NCBI GenBank assembly: GCA_022616105.1
Contig: JAKEFL010000042.1
Location: 1 to 63,112, forward strand
DNA length: 63,112 nt
DNA from: Anaerolineae bacterium
Lineage (GTDB): Bacteria > Chloroflexota > Anaerolineae > Anaerolineales > Villigracilaceae
Reading direction: 5' to 3'
Shown here: in pieces, positions 37,517 to 47,213 of the stretch
Position numbering within the stretch: position 1 is the stretch's first letter
Layout: the number at the start of each line of letters is the position of its first letter
Notes under the pieces: model-generated
Told to the model about the DNA's origin: nothing
What the model saw: only the letters and a program-made list of their open reading frames with translations
Database searches by the model: none
Made by a program: the position numbers and the translations under genes

Positions 37517-38229
37517 ACCCTCTTGCAAAACGCGCGATAAAAATCCATGAACGATTGCTTGAATTTTATGGCGAGCCAGTGTGGCGCAATCCTTTGCCTG
37601 CAATTGACGAACTCGTCTCGACCATCCTCTCGCAGAACACGAATGACATCAACCGTGACCGCGCCTTTGAGGCTTTGCGGGCAAAATTCTCAACCTGGGA
37701 AGAAGTTCGCGATGCGAAGACAGAGGATGTGATTGAAGCCATCCGTCCTTCAGGATTGGCGAATCAAAAGGGTCCACGCATTCAACAGGTGTTGCGTTCG
37801 ATCACAGAAGAGCGCGGCAGTTTGGATTTATCGTTCCTTAAAGAACTATCTGTGGAAGATGCGCGCAATTGGCTGACAAAATTCAATGGTGTCGGACCCA
37901 AGACTGCCGCAATCGTATTGTGCTTTTCATTAGATATGCCGGCCTTCCCCGTGGATACTCACGTCTACCGCGTGACGGGCCGCATCGGTCTCCGCCCTGA
38001 AAAGATGACCGTTGAACAAGCACGTCCTCATCTCGAGGGTTTATTCCCACCTGAGACGTATTACGCCGCTCACCTAAATATTATCCGCCTCGGACGCGAA
38101 ATCTGCCAGGCGCGCAGACCGAGATGTGAAGTTTGTCCGATTGTAAAACTGTGTGATTATGGAAGAAGTAATATGTCATTGCGAGCCCGAGCGGAGCGAG
38201 TGGCGAAGCAATCTCCTCGTGAATTATGA
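37513..38229 (+). CDS. nth: Endonuclease III (HhH-GPD glycosylase)
   Basis: ILSQNT, GVGPKTA, FPVDTHV, CxxxxxxCxxCxxxxxC. Confidence 0.9.
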   Translation: MNPLAKRAIKIHERLLEFYGEPVWRNPLPAIDELVSTILSQNTNDINRDRAFEALRAKFSTWEEVRDAKTEDVIEAIRPSGLANQKGPRIQQVLRSITEERGSLDLSFLKELSVEDARNWLTKFNGVGPKTAAIVLCFSLDMPAFPVDTHVYRVTGRIGLRPEKMTVEQARPHLEGLFPPETYYAAHLNIIRLGREICQARRPRCEVCPIVKLCDYGRSNMSLRARAERVAKQSPREL

Positions 38230-38260
38230 GATTGCTTCGGGCTATCGCCCTCGCAATGAC
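38175..38260. repeat. REP-like palindrome (GTCATTGCGAG family) overlapping the nth 3' end
   Basis: Encodes the SLRARAERVAKQS tail of nth. Confidence 0.8.
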
Positions 38261-38266
38261 GGGTGG

Positions 38267-38596
38267 TTATCTGTTATCCCCATCTCCTCTGATCTTTCCC
38301 CTTTCCAACCGATCATATAACTTGGCGATATTTGATTCAGCAATATCATTTAGTGATAAATCCAATTCGGTGGCGATCTGCGCGAGATACCACAACACGT
38401 CGCCGAGTTCGGCTTTGAGCGCCTCACGCGTCTCTTCGTTGATCTGACCGTCCTTATCGCGGAACACCTTCTTGATCTTGCCTGCAACTTCGCCTGCTTC
38501 ATTTACTAACCCAAGAGTCGGATAAATCACCCCATGACCAATAGTGGGATATTTTGCGGTCCTGCGTGATTTGGTTTGGTAGTCGTTGAAGTTCAT
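38267..38596 (-). CDS. MazG-like nucleotide pyrophosphohydrolase
   Basis: LGLVNEAGEVAGKIKK, ELGDVLWY, GDGDNR. Confidence 0.9.
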   Translation of the reverse strand: MNFNDYQTKSRRTAKYPTIGHGVIYPTLGLVNEAGEVAGKIKKVFRDKDGQINEETREALKAELGDVLWYLAQIATELDLSLNDIAESNIAKLYDRLERGKIRGDGDNR

Positions 38597-38620
38597 TTTT
38601 TCTCACTCCAACGCTCGATT

Positions 38621-41188
38621 TTATCTCTTAATTTGACGTGTGATGCTCGGATCGCTAATTTTCTTGTCATCAGCGAGAAGGAATGCCTTCGACAAAATGA
38701 TCGCTAATGTTTGGTCACCCTCAAAAGGGATAAACAACTTATCCTTACCCATCTCTCCGCTTCGGCGCGAGGGGACAATGCACAAATACTGATCGTTCGG
38801 TTCCATGAGAATATTGCCCGAGCCGAGATGTATCTTATATGTCCGAATATCACCGCGCACTACCAGGAACTTGTCGGTGAGTTTGCAGCGCTCGGAAATT
38901 TTCAAACGGGGCAGAAGAGTTTGCAGCACCTGCTTGCGCGTCTTCGAAGACTCGGTCAACTCTCCAAATGAATAACTATGCCAGTAGTCGCGGTAGCGCA
39001 CTTCCGGTCCCCCATCCAGCCAATTGGGGTCATTGCCTATGCTTGCGACTCCGACAAACATATCCACGTCGCGCATGATTTCGGAAAATACCAGCGGCGG
39101 AATTTCTTCGAGGGGCAACGGTTCGGCAATTCCCTGACCGCCCCAACGTCGAGCGGCATATCCTCCCCCGTAACCATGAGCTTGATTCTCGTTCGCGTCA
39201 ATTCGATAAAAGCGGACCTGGTCGGTGGTCAGATAAAGAAACGTCCCCGTTTCATTTGTGTCTCCGCCATAATTGTCGCCAATCCCCTCAATCCAATACT
39301 CGGCGCGCAAGCCCCACTGCGGCAACGTCTTTCTCGCGGGCGGGAATTCAGCGTCCACCAATAATCGGAGGGCGTTCTTCCATCCCTTCGCCGCGCATAG
39401 TGAATTGAACTGATGCTGACGCAGGATATGCGCGGCGTAACGATTCGAATAAACACGCGTGTTCCGCTCGGCGTCGGTAAGCAGATAGACTTCACGATAT
39501 GCCTGTTTGAACGGCTGACGAATTTCATGCTCCATCAACCAACCGCGCCATTCCAAAACCACATCCGACTCGACGTTGATGGGATGCCACAACTCCACCG
39601 TCGTTGAATCGTCAATCCAGTCAATGGGTTGATTATCCCTTCCTACCATTCGCCCATCAGACCAGATCCCCGAGGCAGCTTTATCGGCTTTGATGAACTT
39701 CCAAATGAGGCGCCGCGCGACTGTTCCAACGAGCGGATGATTCAAATAGCGCGCCTGCCAGGATGCAAACGTCCACTTTTTTTGCATGAGATACAAATTA
39801 TCTATGCGGTCACGCTGGGCAGGCAGCATTTTTCGGATGTCTTTTACTGCCTGATTAATCTCCTTGAGTTCTTCAGGATATTTCTCCTTGATCGCTTTCG
39901 GTGCGGATGAAAGTCGTTTCGCGTCGTTCCTGACCCAAACCTGCTCTACCTCGCTTCCATCTACCCTCAACTCCGAAACGACCTCGCCAAAATCGTCGCG
40001 GCGCAAGCCAATTTCTTCCAAACCATACATTGGCACTGACATCTCTTCGATGTCTTCGGCGGTCATCCCTAAACGTCTGGCGGCGGTTTCGAGTGCGCTG
40101 GCAATTAACTTTTGCGCGGTGTTGGTCTTGATTTTGATCTTCAAAATACTTAACTGTGCCACGCCTTCGCTGCCAGGCATATTCCCCAACGTCCAGAAAC
40201 AGGCATTCCCCACTTTTCCCGCCCGGGGTCCAGAGCCTGGAATCTTTTTATAGGCTGAAACAGCCAAGCCTGCGAGCGCGCGTGCGCTTTCAGGATTGTC
40301 AGATTTACTGCACAACCAAGCCAATCCTTTGAGAATATCGGCATTGACTGGCAATGGAGTCTGAAGATGATCATAACGGTAGGCAGGTGTTGCGCGAGGT
40401 TTATCCACCAAAGGAAACCAACGTAAAAGGCTGGTGAAAAAGTTTGAGATTCCAATAATGTCCAGATACTTATCCATCCCCTTTAGCCATTTACTTCTTG
40501 GCGCGGAGCCTGTCACGCGCAAACAATGGAGCAGTAACTCAGCCCACGCGGTTTGTGACTTTGAATCCAGGGCGCGCAGTTCGCTTAGAGCGGCGTCTGC
40601 CCAAATGTCTCCAGCCATGAGAGGCAAATTGACTTCAGTATCTCCTCTCAATTCCTTGAGACGCAGAACCCATTTGCGATTCTCAACGCTCATATGTTCC
40701 GATTCGATGGATCGGATTAATCTTTCGATGACTTTATATATCTCATCACTGATCGGATGGTCTTTGAGATAGTCACCCAGGACCTTGATTATCTGCGGCA
40801 CACCGCGCAGATACATATGAAGCGGTCCGCTTGAATGACCCGCAGACCAGTTCAGCATCGCAATGATATCCTGCTCATCAAAAGGTAGTTTGCGTTTGAG
40901 CATCTGAAGGAATGCCTCGAGCATCTGCCATCCCACCTGCCAGGCTTTTTGATCGTGTTGATTTTGAGGATACGTTTTGAACGGATACTTTTCAAGCCAT
41001 GCCAACATCGCCAGAACGATGGTACGCTGCGTCTCTGGATCAGCGTTTAGAAACTTAACCCCCGCGGTGAAATTTTTCAGATCAAACGGATATTGCCGCA
41101 CATTTTGGCGGGCAAGTTCTTCGACCAGCGCTTCGGCTTCTGAGCCCGCGGCAGTGTGCGAAAAAGCAGATTTGATAAAGTTGAACAT
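38621..41188 (-). CDS. DUF4132 domain protein
   Basis: HPLVGTVARRLIW, LWHP, QPFKQAYRE.Y, FSEIMRDVD.FV, YKIHLGSGNILM. Confidence 0.85.
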   Translation of the reverse strand: MFNFIKSAFSHTAAGSEAEALVEELARQNVRQYPFDLKNFTAGVKFLNADPETQRTIVLAMLAWLEKYPFKTYPQNQHDQKAWQVGWQMLEAFLQMLKRKLPFDEQDIIAMLNWSAGHSSGPLHMYLRGVPQIIKVLGDYLKDHPISDEIYKVIERLIRSIESEHMSVENRKWVLRLKELRGDTEVNLPLMAGDIWADAALSELRALDSKSQTAWAELLLHCLRVTGSAPRSKWLKGMDKYLDIIGISNFFTSLLRWFPLVDKPRATPAYRYDHLQTPLPVNADILKGLAWLCSKSDNPESARALAGLAVSAYKKIPGSGPRAGKVGNACFWTLGNMPGSEGVAQLSILKIKIKTNTAQKLIASALETAARRLGMTAEDIEEMSVPMYGLEEIGLRRDDFGEVVSELRVDGSEVEQVWVRNDAKRLSSAPKAIKEKYPEELKEINQAVKDIRKMLPAQRDRIDNLYLMQKKWTFASWQARYLNHPLVGTVARRLIWKFIKADKAASGIWSDGRMVGRDNQPIDWIDDSTTVELWHPINVESDVVLEWRGWLMEHEIRQPFKQAYREVYLLTDAERNTRVYSNRYAAHILRQHQFNSLCAAKGWKNALRLLVDAEFPPARKTLPQWGLRAEYWIEGIGDNYGGDTNETGTFLYLTTDQVRFYRIDANENQAHGYGGGYAARRWGGQGIAEPLPLEEIPPLVFSEIMRDVDMFVGVASIGNDPNWLDGGPEVRYRDYWHSYSFGELTESSKTRKQVLQTLLPRLKISERCKLTDKFLVVRGDIRTYKIHLGSGNILMEPNDQYLCIVPSRRSGEMGKDKLFIPFEGDQTLAIILSKAFLLADDKKISDPSITRQIKR

Positions 41189-41207
41189 CGAAGAAGCCTC
41201 TCATTTC

Positions 41208-41609
41208 TTATCCACCTACAAGAGGCACCAACTTGAGGAATGTTACCGACGTTTCTGGGTGAAGGGCGATTTCGTCGTCCAGGCGTTCGATTTGTCTGTC
41301 ATCCACCAGGACGATGAAGCCGTTTCCCTCGAAGGCTTCGATTGCCTTTTCATATTGTGTAATTGGATTAACAAGCCGCGGCTTATGGAATTTGAACCCG
41401 TTCAATGTTCGTTCGGTGTCGTTGGGCTGAATCAACATCCGAAAGACCGCGGGCTGGCGGCTGTTGAATTCCTCCACTTCCTGAGTGACGCGCAGACGGA
41501 TGAGTTCACGTATGCTGATCTTTTCCCCCGAAACGCGAACGGTAAATGTGTGTTCTGTTTTACCCAGGCTGGCAGTCGTTTCATCACGGATTAAGAGTTC
41601 AGTAAGCAT
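41208..41609 (-). CDS. Hypothetical protein with ubiquitin/ThiS-like C-terminal Gly-Gly
   Basis: Ends ...VLVDDRQIERLDDEIALHPETSVTFLKLVPLVGG. Confidence 0.7.
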   Translation of the reverse strand: MLTELLIRDETTASLGKTEHTFTVRVSGEKISIRELIRLRVTQEVEEFNSRQPAVFRMLIQPNDTERTLNGFKFHKPRLVNPITQYEKAIEAFEGNGFIVLVDDRQIERLDDEIALHPETSVTFLKLVPLVGG

Positions 41610-41639
41610 GGGTGCCTCCTATCGAGAATATTGGGTTAT

Positions 41640-41682
41640 AGAACAGTTGTACTAATTATAGAACCTTTTATAAGCGTGTCAA
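41640..41682 (-). promoter_or_regulatory. Sigma70 promoter with LexA-like box
   Basis: TTGACA-16-TATAAT on minus strand; AGTAC-AACT-GTTCT over the predicted start site. Confidence 0.55.
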
Positions 41683-41711
41683 GAGATTTGTAACTTTTTA
41701 GTCCAAATGGG

Positions 41712-42095
41712 TCACTCAGCGTATTGGGCAACGCCATTTCCGAACGACCAGTTCTCCTTCTTCACTTCGACGAGGCTGATAAACACATCCTCCATGCGGA
41801 TGCCAAGCTCACTGTGCAGGCGCTCTGCCAGCCGCTTATAGAACGCTTTCTTGAGTTCGACGGTTCTGCCTTCGTTCAGGGTGATCTGAATGATAACGAT
41901 TTCGTCCGTGCGCTGAATGTTGAGATACTCAGGATCATAGATCAGGCTGTTTTCGTCATGTTCGCTGATGATCTGAAAGCTATCCTTCGGCGGGACGTTG
42001 ATCGTGTCCACCATGGTCTGGTAGACGATCTCCCCCACTTTGCGGCGCAATTTCGCAGTCTTTCCTTGCAACAGGTGAATTTGTACCAGTGGCAT
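41712..42095 (-). CDS. Tautomerase family protein
   Basis: N-terminal Pro (MPLVQI), ENWSFGNG. Confidence 0.88.
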   Translation of the reverse strand: MPLVQIHLLQGKTAKLRRKVGEIVYQTMVDTINVPPKDSFQIISEHDENSLIYDPEYLNIQRTDEIVIIQITLNEGRTVELKKAFYKRLAERLHSELGIRMEDVFISLVEVKKENWSFGNGVAQYAE

Positions 42096-42145
42096 AAGGG
42101 ATTCTCCTCAGTTGTTGTGGACTTTAGTTTGGTAGTCGTTGAAGT

Positions 42146-42577
42146 TCATTTGGTTGCTTTCAGTTTTTGAAATGCTTCGGCGGGAGTCAAAATGGATGCC
42201 TTGATATAAGTTTCGAGTTCAGGGTGGTTGAGGATGTGTTTTCTGTCCAACGAAACGAGCATATCCACCCTGGCGATTTTCGCGGCGGCAATGATCGGAG
42301 CATCTTTCAATACGATCAATTTTGCCGCAGCCAAAACTGCCTGCTTGTTGACTTTAACCACTTCCATGCCTGCATGAACAAGAATATTCTCTAGTTCGTC
42401 CAGTAACGGTTGTTTCAAGTGCGACAGGTTGCGCCGTGTTTCTTCCAAAACGTAATCGCTGAGGATAATCATAATTTCCCCGTTCGCACCCATTATCATG
42501 AGGTCACGCGAATGCCCTTTGACTGAATTGGCGGCAGAAAACAGGACGCTCGAGTCAGTGAAGATACGATGTGTCAT
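42146..42577 (-). CDS. PIN-domain toxin (VapC-like)
   Basis: IFTDSSVLFSA, EE..RN, KDAPII, LVSLDRKH. Confidence 0.85.
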   Translation of the reverse strand: MTHRIFTDSSVLFSAANSVKGHSRDLMIMGANGEIMIILSDYVLEETRRNLSHLKQPLLDELENILVHAGMEVVKVNKQAVLAAAKLIVLKDAPIIAAAKIARVDMLVSLDRKHILNHPELETYIKASILTPAEAFQKLKATK

Positions 42578-42852
42578 GACTGGTCTACAAGACCATACAT
42601 TTCTTCAAGCAATTGCTTGCGGATGTCGCGGCTTCGCTTCATCCATTTCTCCTGTGTGATCCCATCTGCTTTCAAGGCTTCCCCGATTTTGTCGAAGGCT
42701 TCTGAAACGATGAGCTCTGCGGGCTTGATCAGCACCCCTGCCTCTGTTTCGACGAACATGACTACGTCCCCTTTTCGCAGATTCAACTTCTTGCGGATCT
42801 TGGTGGGAATGGTCACCTGACCCTTTTCCTGAATACGGACATATGTGTTCAT
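42574..42852 (-). CDS. AbrB/MazE-family antitoxin
   Basis: KGQVTIPTKIRKKLNL..GD; upstream palindrome ACTTTCATGAAAGT (42873-42886). Confidence 0.88.
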   Translation of the reverse strand: MNTYVRIQEKGQVTIPTKIRKKLNLRKGDVVMFVETEAGVLIKPAELIVSEAFDKIGEALKADGITQEKWMKRSRDIRKQLLEEMYGLVDQS

Positions 42853-42985
42853 AGTGTTTCTCCGAAAGTCATACTTTCATGAAAGTCGTGTATTCGGAGT
42901 ATACCATGTCTCTGGATGGCTAATGGTGAGATGGTCTGCGCTCTTACGTGATTTGATTTGGTAGTCTTTGAAGTTCATAAAGATT

Positions 42986-43414
42986 TTACTTTTCCATTTC
43001 ATATTTAATTTGAGTTGCGATCGCATCTAATTCAGATCTTTCGGGCAAATTACTATAATTTGGTCCAAATCTGAATCCAAAACCATCCCCTTCATATCTC
43101 GGAATAACGTGAAGATGAACGTGAAATACATCCTGCCCGGCTGCCTCACCATGTGCCAGAAAAAGGTCTACGCCTTCACTTTTCACTCCTGTGTTAGGCA
43201 AACTCAAAGTAATTCGTTGTGCAACCTGAAATAAGTGTGAGCCAATGTGCGCAGGCAAATCAGTCAGATCTGTGAAATGTGCCTTCGGCACTACAAGCAC
43301 ATGCCCAGGATTGACAGGTTGAATATCCATGAAAGCCAGGCATAAATCATCTTCATATACTTTACTCGCTGGTGAGTCTCCATTAACAATTTTACAAAAA
43401 ATGCATGACTTCAT
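42986..43414 (-). CDS. HIT family protein
   Basis: CIFCKI, PGHVLVVPK.H, HVHLHVIPR. Confidence 0.92.
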   Translation of the reverse strand: MKSCIFCKIVNGDSPASKVYEDDLCLAFMDIQPVNPGHVLVVPKAHFTDLTDLPAHIGSHLFQVAQRITLSLPNTGVKSEGVDLFLAHGEAAGQDVFHVHLHVIPRYEGDGFGFRFGPNYSNLPERSELDAIATQIKYEMEK

Positions 43415-43475
43415 CGGTTGAATCCTCCTGTTAACTTCTTCCACCACGCATCCCTCTCCCCAGGCACAAGGGGAA

Positions 43476-43874
43476 TTACACAAATGCCGCGGGCGAAACC
43501 TTGAATCGTTTTGCCAGCGCGCGAATCTGACGAACATTCAATTCACGTTTGCCATGCAATATTTCTGAAACCACTCCTTGCGAGCCTACTTCAGGTAAAT
43601 CGGACTGGGTCAATTGATGCTCTTCCATGAGGAAGTTTAATATCTCCGCGCCTGTAGATTCAGGAATAGGAAAATGCTCTTCTTCATAAACATGGATAAG
43701 CGTGCCAAGCGTATCTAGCAAACTATAGAGTGGATGCTTTTCATTTGTGCCTAATTCATCCAGCAATTCATTCAACCGTTTTACAGCCGCGTTGTATTCG
43801 CGTTCGTTGCGAATCGTGAGCAGGGGAGCGATATTTGTCCAGTGGGTCTGGATCTGGTCATTTACGAGAGTCAT
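43476..43874 (-). CDS. higA: HigA-family antitoxin
   Basis: YEEEHFPI...LTQSDL.EVGSQGVVSEILHGKRELN. Confidence 0.88.
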   Translation of the reverse strand: MTLVNDQIQTHWTNIAPLLTIRNEREYNAAVKRLNELLDELGTNEKHPLYSLLDTLGTLIHVYEEEHFPIPESTGAEILNFLMEEHQLTQSDLPEVGSQGVVSEILHGKRELNVRQIRALAKRFKVSPAAFV

Positions 43875-44158
43875 CTCTTCCAATCTCCTCGATCATATTC
43901 TTTATGGGTAAGAACATACCGAATATAAACTTTGCCGCGATTGAAGTGGATTGATGTGATTAGACGATATTTGTTTCCAGCAATATTGAAAACAAACAAG
44001 TCGTCCACTTTATCTGCTGAGGGAAAAACACTACGCAACTCAGAGAGACTATGGAACTCGGTTTTATCTACAACTTTGAACCATCGCGCAAGGGACGTTT
44101 CGCTGTCAGGGTACTTTTCCCAGAACTGCATCAATGCTTTGCGGGAGATGATGTGCAT
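43871..44158 (-). CDS. higB: HigB-family toxin
   Basis: MHIISRKAL..FW, FPSAD, VFNIAGNKYRLI, LTHKEYD; operator palindrome TATCTCAATTTGAGATA (44169-44185). Confidence 0.9.
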   Translation of the reverse strand: MHIISRKALMQFWEKYPDSETSLARWFKVVDKTEFHSLSELRSVFPSADKVDDLFVFNIAGNKYRLITSIHFNRGKVYIRYVLTHKEYDRGDWKR

Positions 44159-44213
44159 ATCGATAGTTTATCTCAATTTGAGATATTTTACAAGCCCAAT
44201 TTATTGACAATCT

Positions 44214-45242
44214 TTAGTGAAAATTCTCTGCCAACTCTCTCCACCACTCATCCCTTTCCCCAGGCACAAAGGGAGTGTATAACGTCAAGCGATCAGCAAT
44301 GTCATCATATCGTTTCTTCAATTCGTCAGCCAATTTGCTTTCTTCTGTCACCACAGCAAATTCATTTAACATCTCATCTGTGATGAGCATCGGCATCTCA
44401 GCCCATTCGCCACGCGCCGCGTGAGCGGATAACTTCTCCGCGACACCGCTCCAGCCGTGCAAGTCCATGACCGGACGATATGAAGGCGTGGAAGCGTAGA
44501 ACGAAACTTGTGCGCGGGCAAAGTTCATCTCTTCGGAAGTCGTTGCTATAAAAGCAGTTACAGAAACCGACACATCTTTCGGCTTTCTTCTTTCCTTTGT
44601 TGCTCCCTCCTCAATCGCTGGAAGAATCACTTCGCTCAAATATCTCACACTATGAAACGGATGCACATGAAATCCATCACACAATTCGCCAGCCAGTTTT
44701 GCCAAACCCGTATTCACGCCGGCGATGTAGATTGGAATTATTCCCTCACCCCCATCCCCTCTCCCACTGGGAGAGGGGCGCAGGGGTGAGGGCTGAAAAA
44801 ACGGAGACATCAAAGTAATCTTGTAATATTCCCCTCGATAATTCAACTTCGTTCCGTTCTGCCAGCAATCCCAAAACGCGCGGATGACTTGAATCTGCTC
44901 ATGCAGTTTTTTCACAGGTGACTCGGGCCAGGGCTGACCGAATCTTCTCTCGATATGCGCCTTTACTTGTGTGCCGAGTCCCAGGATGAATCGTCCGTTT
45001 GACTGCGCGGCTAAGTCCCAGGCGGTGTAGGCAATGCTCGCTGGGGAACGCGCGAAGGAAACAGCAATCGCCGTCCCGAAGTTAAGACGCGTTGTATGTT
45101 CGGCGATCAACGCGCAGGGCAGGAAGGGGTCATGTTGAGTCTCCTGAGTCCAAAGCGCGTCGAATCCAATCGCCTGCGCGGCTTTCGCAATCGCGGGGAC
45201 GTCTTTCAATCCAAGAGGTGGAAGCGCGGCATCGAGTTTCAT
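44214..45242 (-). CDS. LLM-class (probably F420-dependent) oxidoreductase
   Basis: ETQHDPF, AFARSP-like, GRFILGLGTQVKAHIERRFG, FYASTPSY. Confidence 0.9.
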   Translation of the reverse strand: MKLDAALPPLGLKDVPAIAKAAQAIGFDALWTQETQHDPFLPCALIAEHTTRLNFGTAIAVSFARSPASIAYTAWDLAAQSNGRFILGLGTQVKAHIERRFGQPWPESPVKKLHEQIQVIRAFWDCWQNGTKLNYRGEYYKITLMSPFFQPSPLRPSPSGRGDGGEGIIPIYIAGVNTGLAKLAGELCDGFHVHPFHSVRYLSEVILPAIEEGATKERRKPKDVSVSVTAFIATTSEEMNFARAQVSFYASTPSYRPVMDLHGWSGVAEKLSAHAARGEWAEMPMLITDEMLNEFAVVTEESKLADELKKRYDDIADRLTLYTPFVPGERDEWWRELAENFH

Positions 45243-45251
45243 AAGTCCCTC

Positions 45252-45402
45252 GGTGGTCGAGTAGTGCTGGTGGTTGAGTAGCGAGCGCACTTTGCAAGCG
45301 TATCGAAACCAAGCACGTATCGAGACCACCAATTTCAAGTTCACATGTAATTTGATGGTCTCGATACGTCCCGCTAAAATCACGCGGGACTACTCGACCA
45401 TC
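45252..45402. repeat. REP-like palindrome (GGTCGAGTAG/GTATCGAGACC family)
   Basis: Related copies at 46499-46631, 60792-60953 and nested in 28308-28534 and 49763-49915. Confidence 0.8.
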
Positions 45403-45412
45403 GGTAGTTCAA

Positions 45413-46462
45413 TTAATCAAGCAAATAAGCCATGATCCAATTCGTTGTCGCGTTCAGTCCATCCATATGTGCGCGTTCGTAATTGTGCGACGCGTCGATA
45501 CCGGGACCGATCAACGCCAGCGCCACATCGCCGCCCGCGCGCCAGAACGCTTCGCCATCCGAACCATAAAACGGATAGACATCGGTCTTGTATGGGATAT
45601 TGTGTTTGTCTGCCAGTGCGCGCAGCTTTTTATTCAAACCCTCATGATATACACCTCCGCTATCTTTGATACACAATGTCGCGCTGAACTCATCCGACGC
45701 CTGACCATTTCCCACCACCGCCATATCTACTGTGACCAACTCCGTGACCTCAGACGGGATTCCCGCCGATGCGCCATGACCGACCTCTTCGTAATTGGAG
45801 ATGTGGAAATACACGCTTCGTGCGGGACTTTGATCTGCTTCCGCCATCGACTTGATCGCAGCGACGATATTCGCCACACAGGCCTTGTCATCAAGAAACC
45901 GCGAGCGGATGAATCTATTCGTCACTTCGACGCGCGGATCAAACGCGACACAATCGCCAATGCTGATTCCCAACGCCCGCGTTTCTTTTTCTGATGTTGT
46001 CCGTACATCCAAACGGACTTCCATATGATCGTCATTGCGCGGGGTTTCACCGCCTGACCCGCTGTAAATATGACCAGAAGCTGTATCTATTAATACGGAG
46101 CCGCGTATCTTTTCACCTTTTGATGTAAAGACCCATACACCTTCAGTTTCGACAGAGGGCCACTGAATTCCACCAATACGACTCAATTTGAGCCGTCCGT
46201 TCGACTTGATCTCCTTTACAACGGCGCCAAGTGTATCCACGTGTGCAGTCAGTGCAACAGGTGCTTCATCACTTTCTCCTTTCCATTTTGCCACTAATGC
46301 ACCCTTACGAGTTCTTGATAATTCCAATTGCTTGAACTGTGATAACTCGTTTTCAACAAAGTCGATCGCAGGTTCTGAAAAACCTGTGGGTGAGGGGATG
46401 TTCAATAACTTTACAAGAAAGTCAACGAAATAATCACTATCAATCTTTGGAAGGTTTGTCAT
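45413..46462 (-). CDS. M42 family metallopeptidase
   Basis: PSPTG, AHVDTLG, LDDK, YEEVGHG, DASH.YER. Confidence 0.9.
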   Translation of the reverse strand: MTNLPKIDSDYFVDFLVKLLNIPSPTGFSEPAIDFVENELSQFKQLELSRTRKGALVAKWKGESDEAPVALTAHVDTLGAVVKEIKSNGRLKLSRIGGIQWPSVETEGVWVFTSKGEKIRGSVLIDTASGHIYSGSGGETPRNDDHMEVRLDVRTTSEKETRALGISIGDCVAFDPRVEVTNRFIRSRFLDDKACVANIVAAIKSMAEADQSPARSVYFHISNYEEVGHGASAGIPSEVTELVTVDMAVVGNGQASDEFSATLCIKDSGGVYHEGLNKKLRALADKHNIPYKTDVYPFYGSDGEAFWRAGGDVALALIGPGIDASHNYERAHMDGLNATTNWIMAYLLD

Positions 46463-46618
46463 TTATTTTCTCCAATTATCTAATTCAAAAATACATCGTT
46501 GGTCGAGTAGGCGGTGTTCGTCCGCCGTATCGAGACCACCAGGTAACAAAGGTGATCTTGTAATAAAAATCTTCTTGCTTACTGGTGGTTTCGATACGTT
46601 CCTCACTAACGTTCGGAA

Positions 46619-47047
46619 CTACTCAACCACCGAGGTTTCAAACTGTGTGATCTTCTCCCTCCACTCCTGTGGAATGGGAATTGTCTTTTCTGCGCGATAA
46701 TCATAAGTCACCATGATCACCTCCCCTTTGGCGATTTCCTTGCCTGATTCAACATCCAGAATATTCTGCTCCCATGTCATGGATTTGTTTCTCAACTCCG
46801 CGATGTGGACTCCGACCTTGATATTCTGCCCGAAATAGACTGGCTCAAGATATGTGATATGCACATCCGCCAGGATCACGCCAATCTCCATGAAGGATTG
46901 GTCTTTGGTAAATAATCTTAACTCGAGCAAGTATGCAATGCGTGCCTGTTCAAAATAGGTAAGATGTTTTGCGTTGTTGACGTGCCCCTGTGGATCCAAG
47001 TCCCCGTAACGGACTTCGATGGGATGATAAAAGCGGAATTGTGACAT
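46619..47047 (-). CDS. Acyl-CoA thioesterase (4HBT/YbgC hotdog fold)
   Basis: VRYGDLDPQGHVNNA..LTYFEQAR. Confidence 0.9.
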   Translation of the reverse strand: MSQFRFYHPIEVRYGDLDPQGHVNNAKHLTYFEQARIAYLLELRLFTKDQSFMEIGVILADVHITYLEPVYFGQNIKVGVHIAELRNKSMTWEQNILDVESGKEIAKGEVIMVTYDYRAEKTIPIPQEWREKITQFETSVVE

Positions 47048-47213
47048 TCCGCGATTATACCTATCTTCATGTTTTGTAGAACAAAATATAAGTAACTCAC
47101 CTTACGCAGTTACGCTCAAAGGCCGTCTACCCTCAAGGGTATGATGTGAGACCGCCGCATTTCACAGGGAAATCGCAGGGTCAGAGACCCTGCGGGAGCA
47201 TAAAGTACGTAAA

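Noticed and set aside
47100-47194. Possible structured ncRNA or riboswitch between aldolase and thioesterase
   Set aside because: Only a 9-bp hairpin (47174-47194) is evident; I recognise no family motif, and an Rfam search would be needed.
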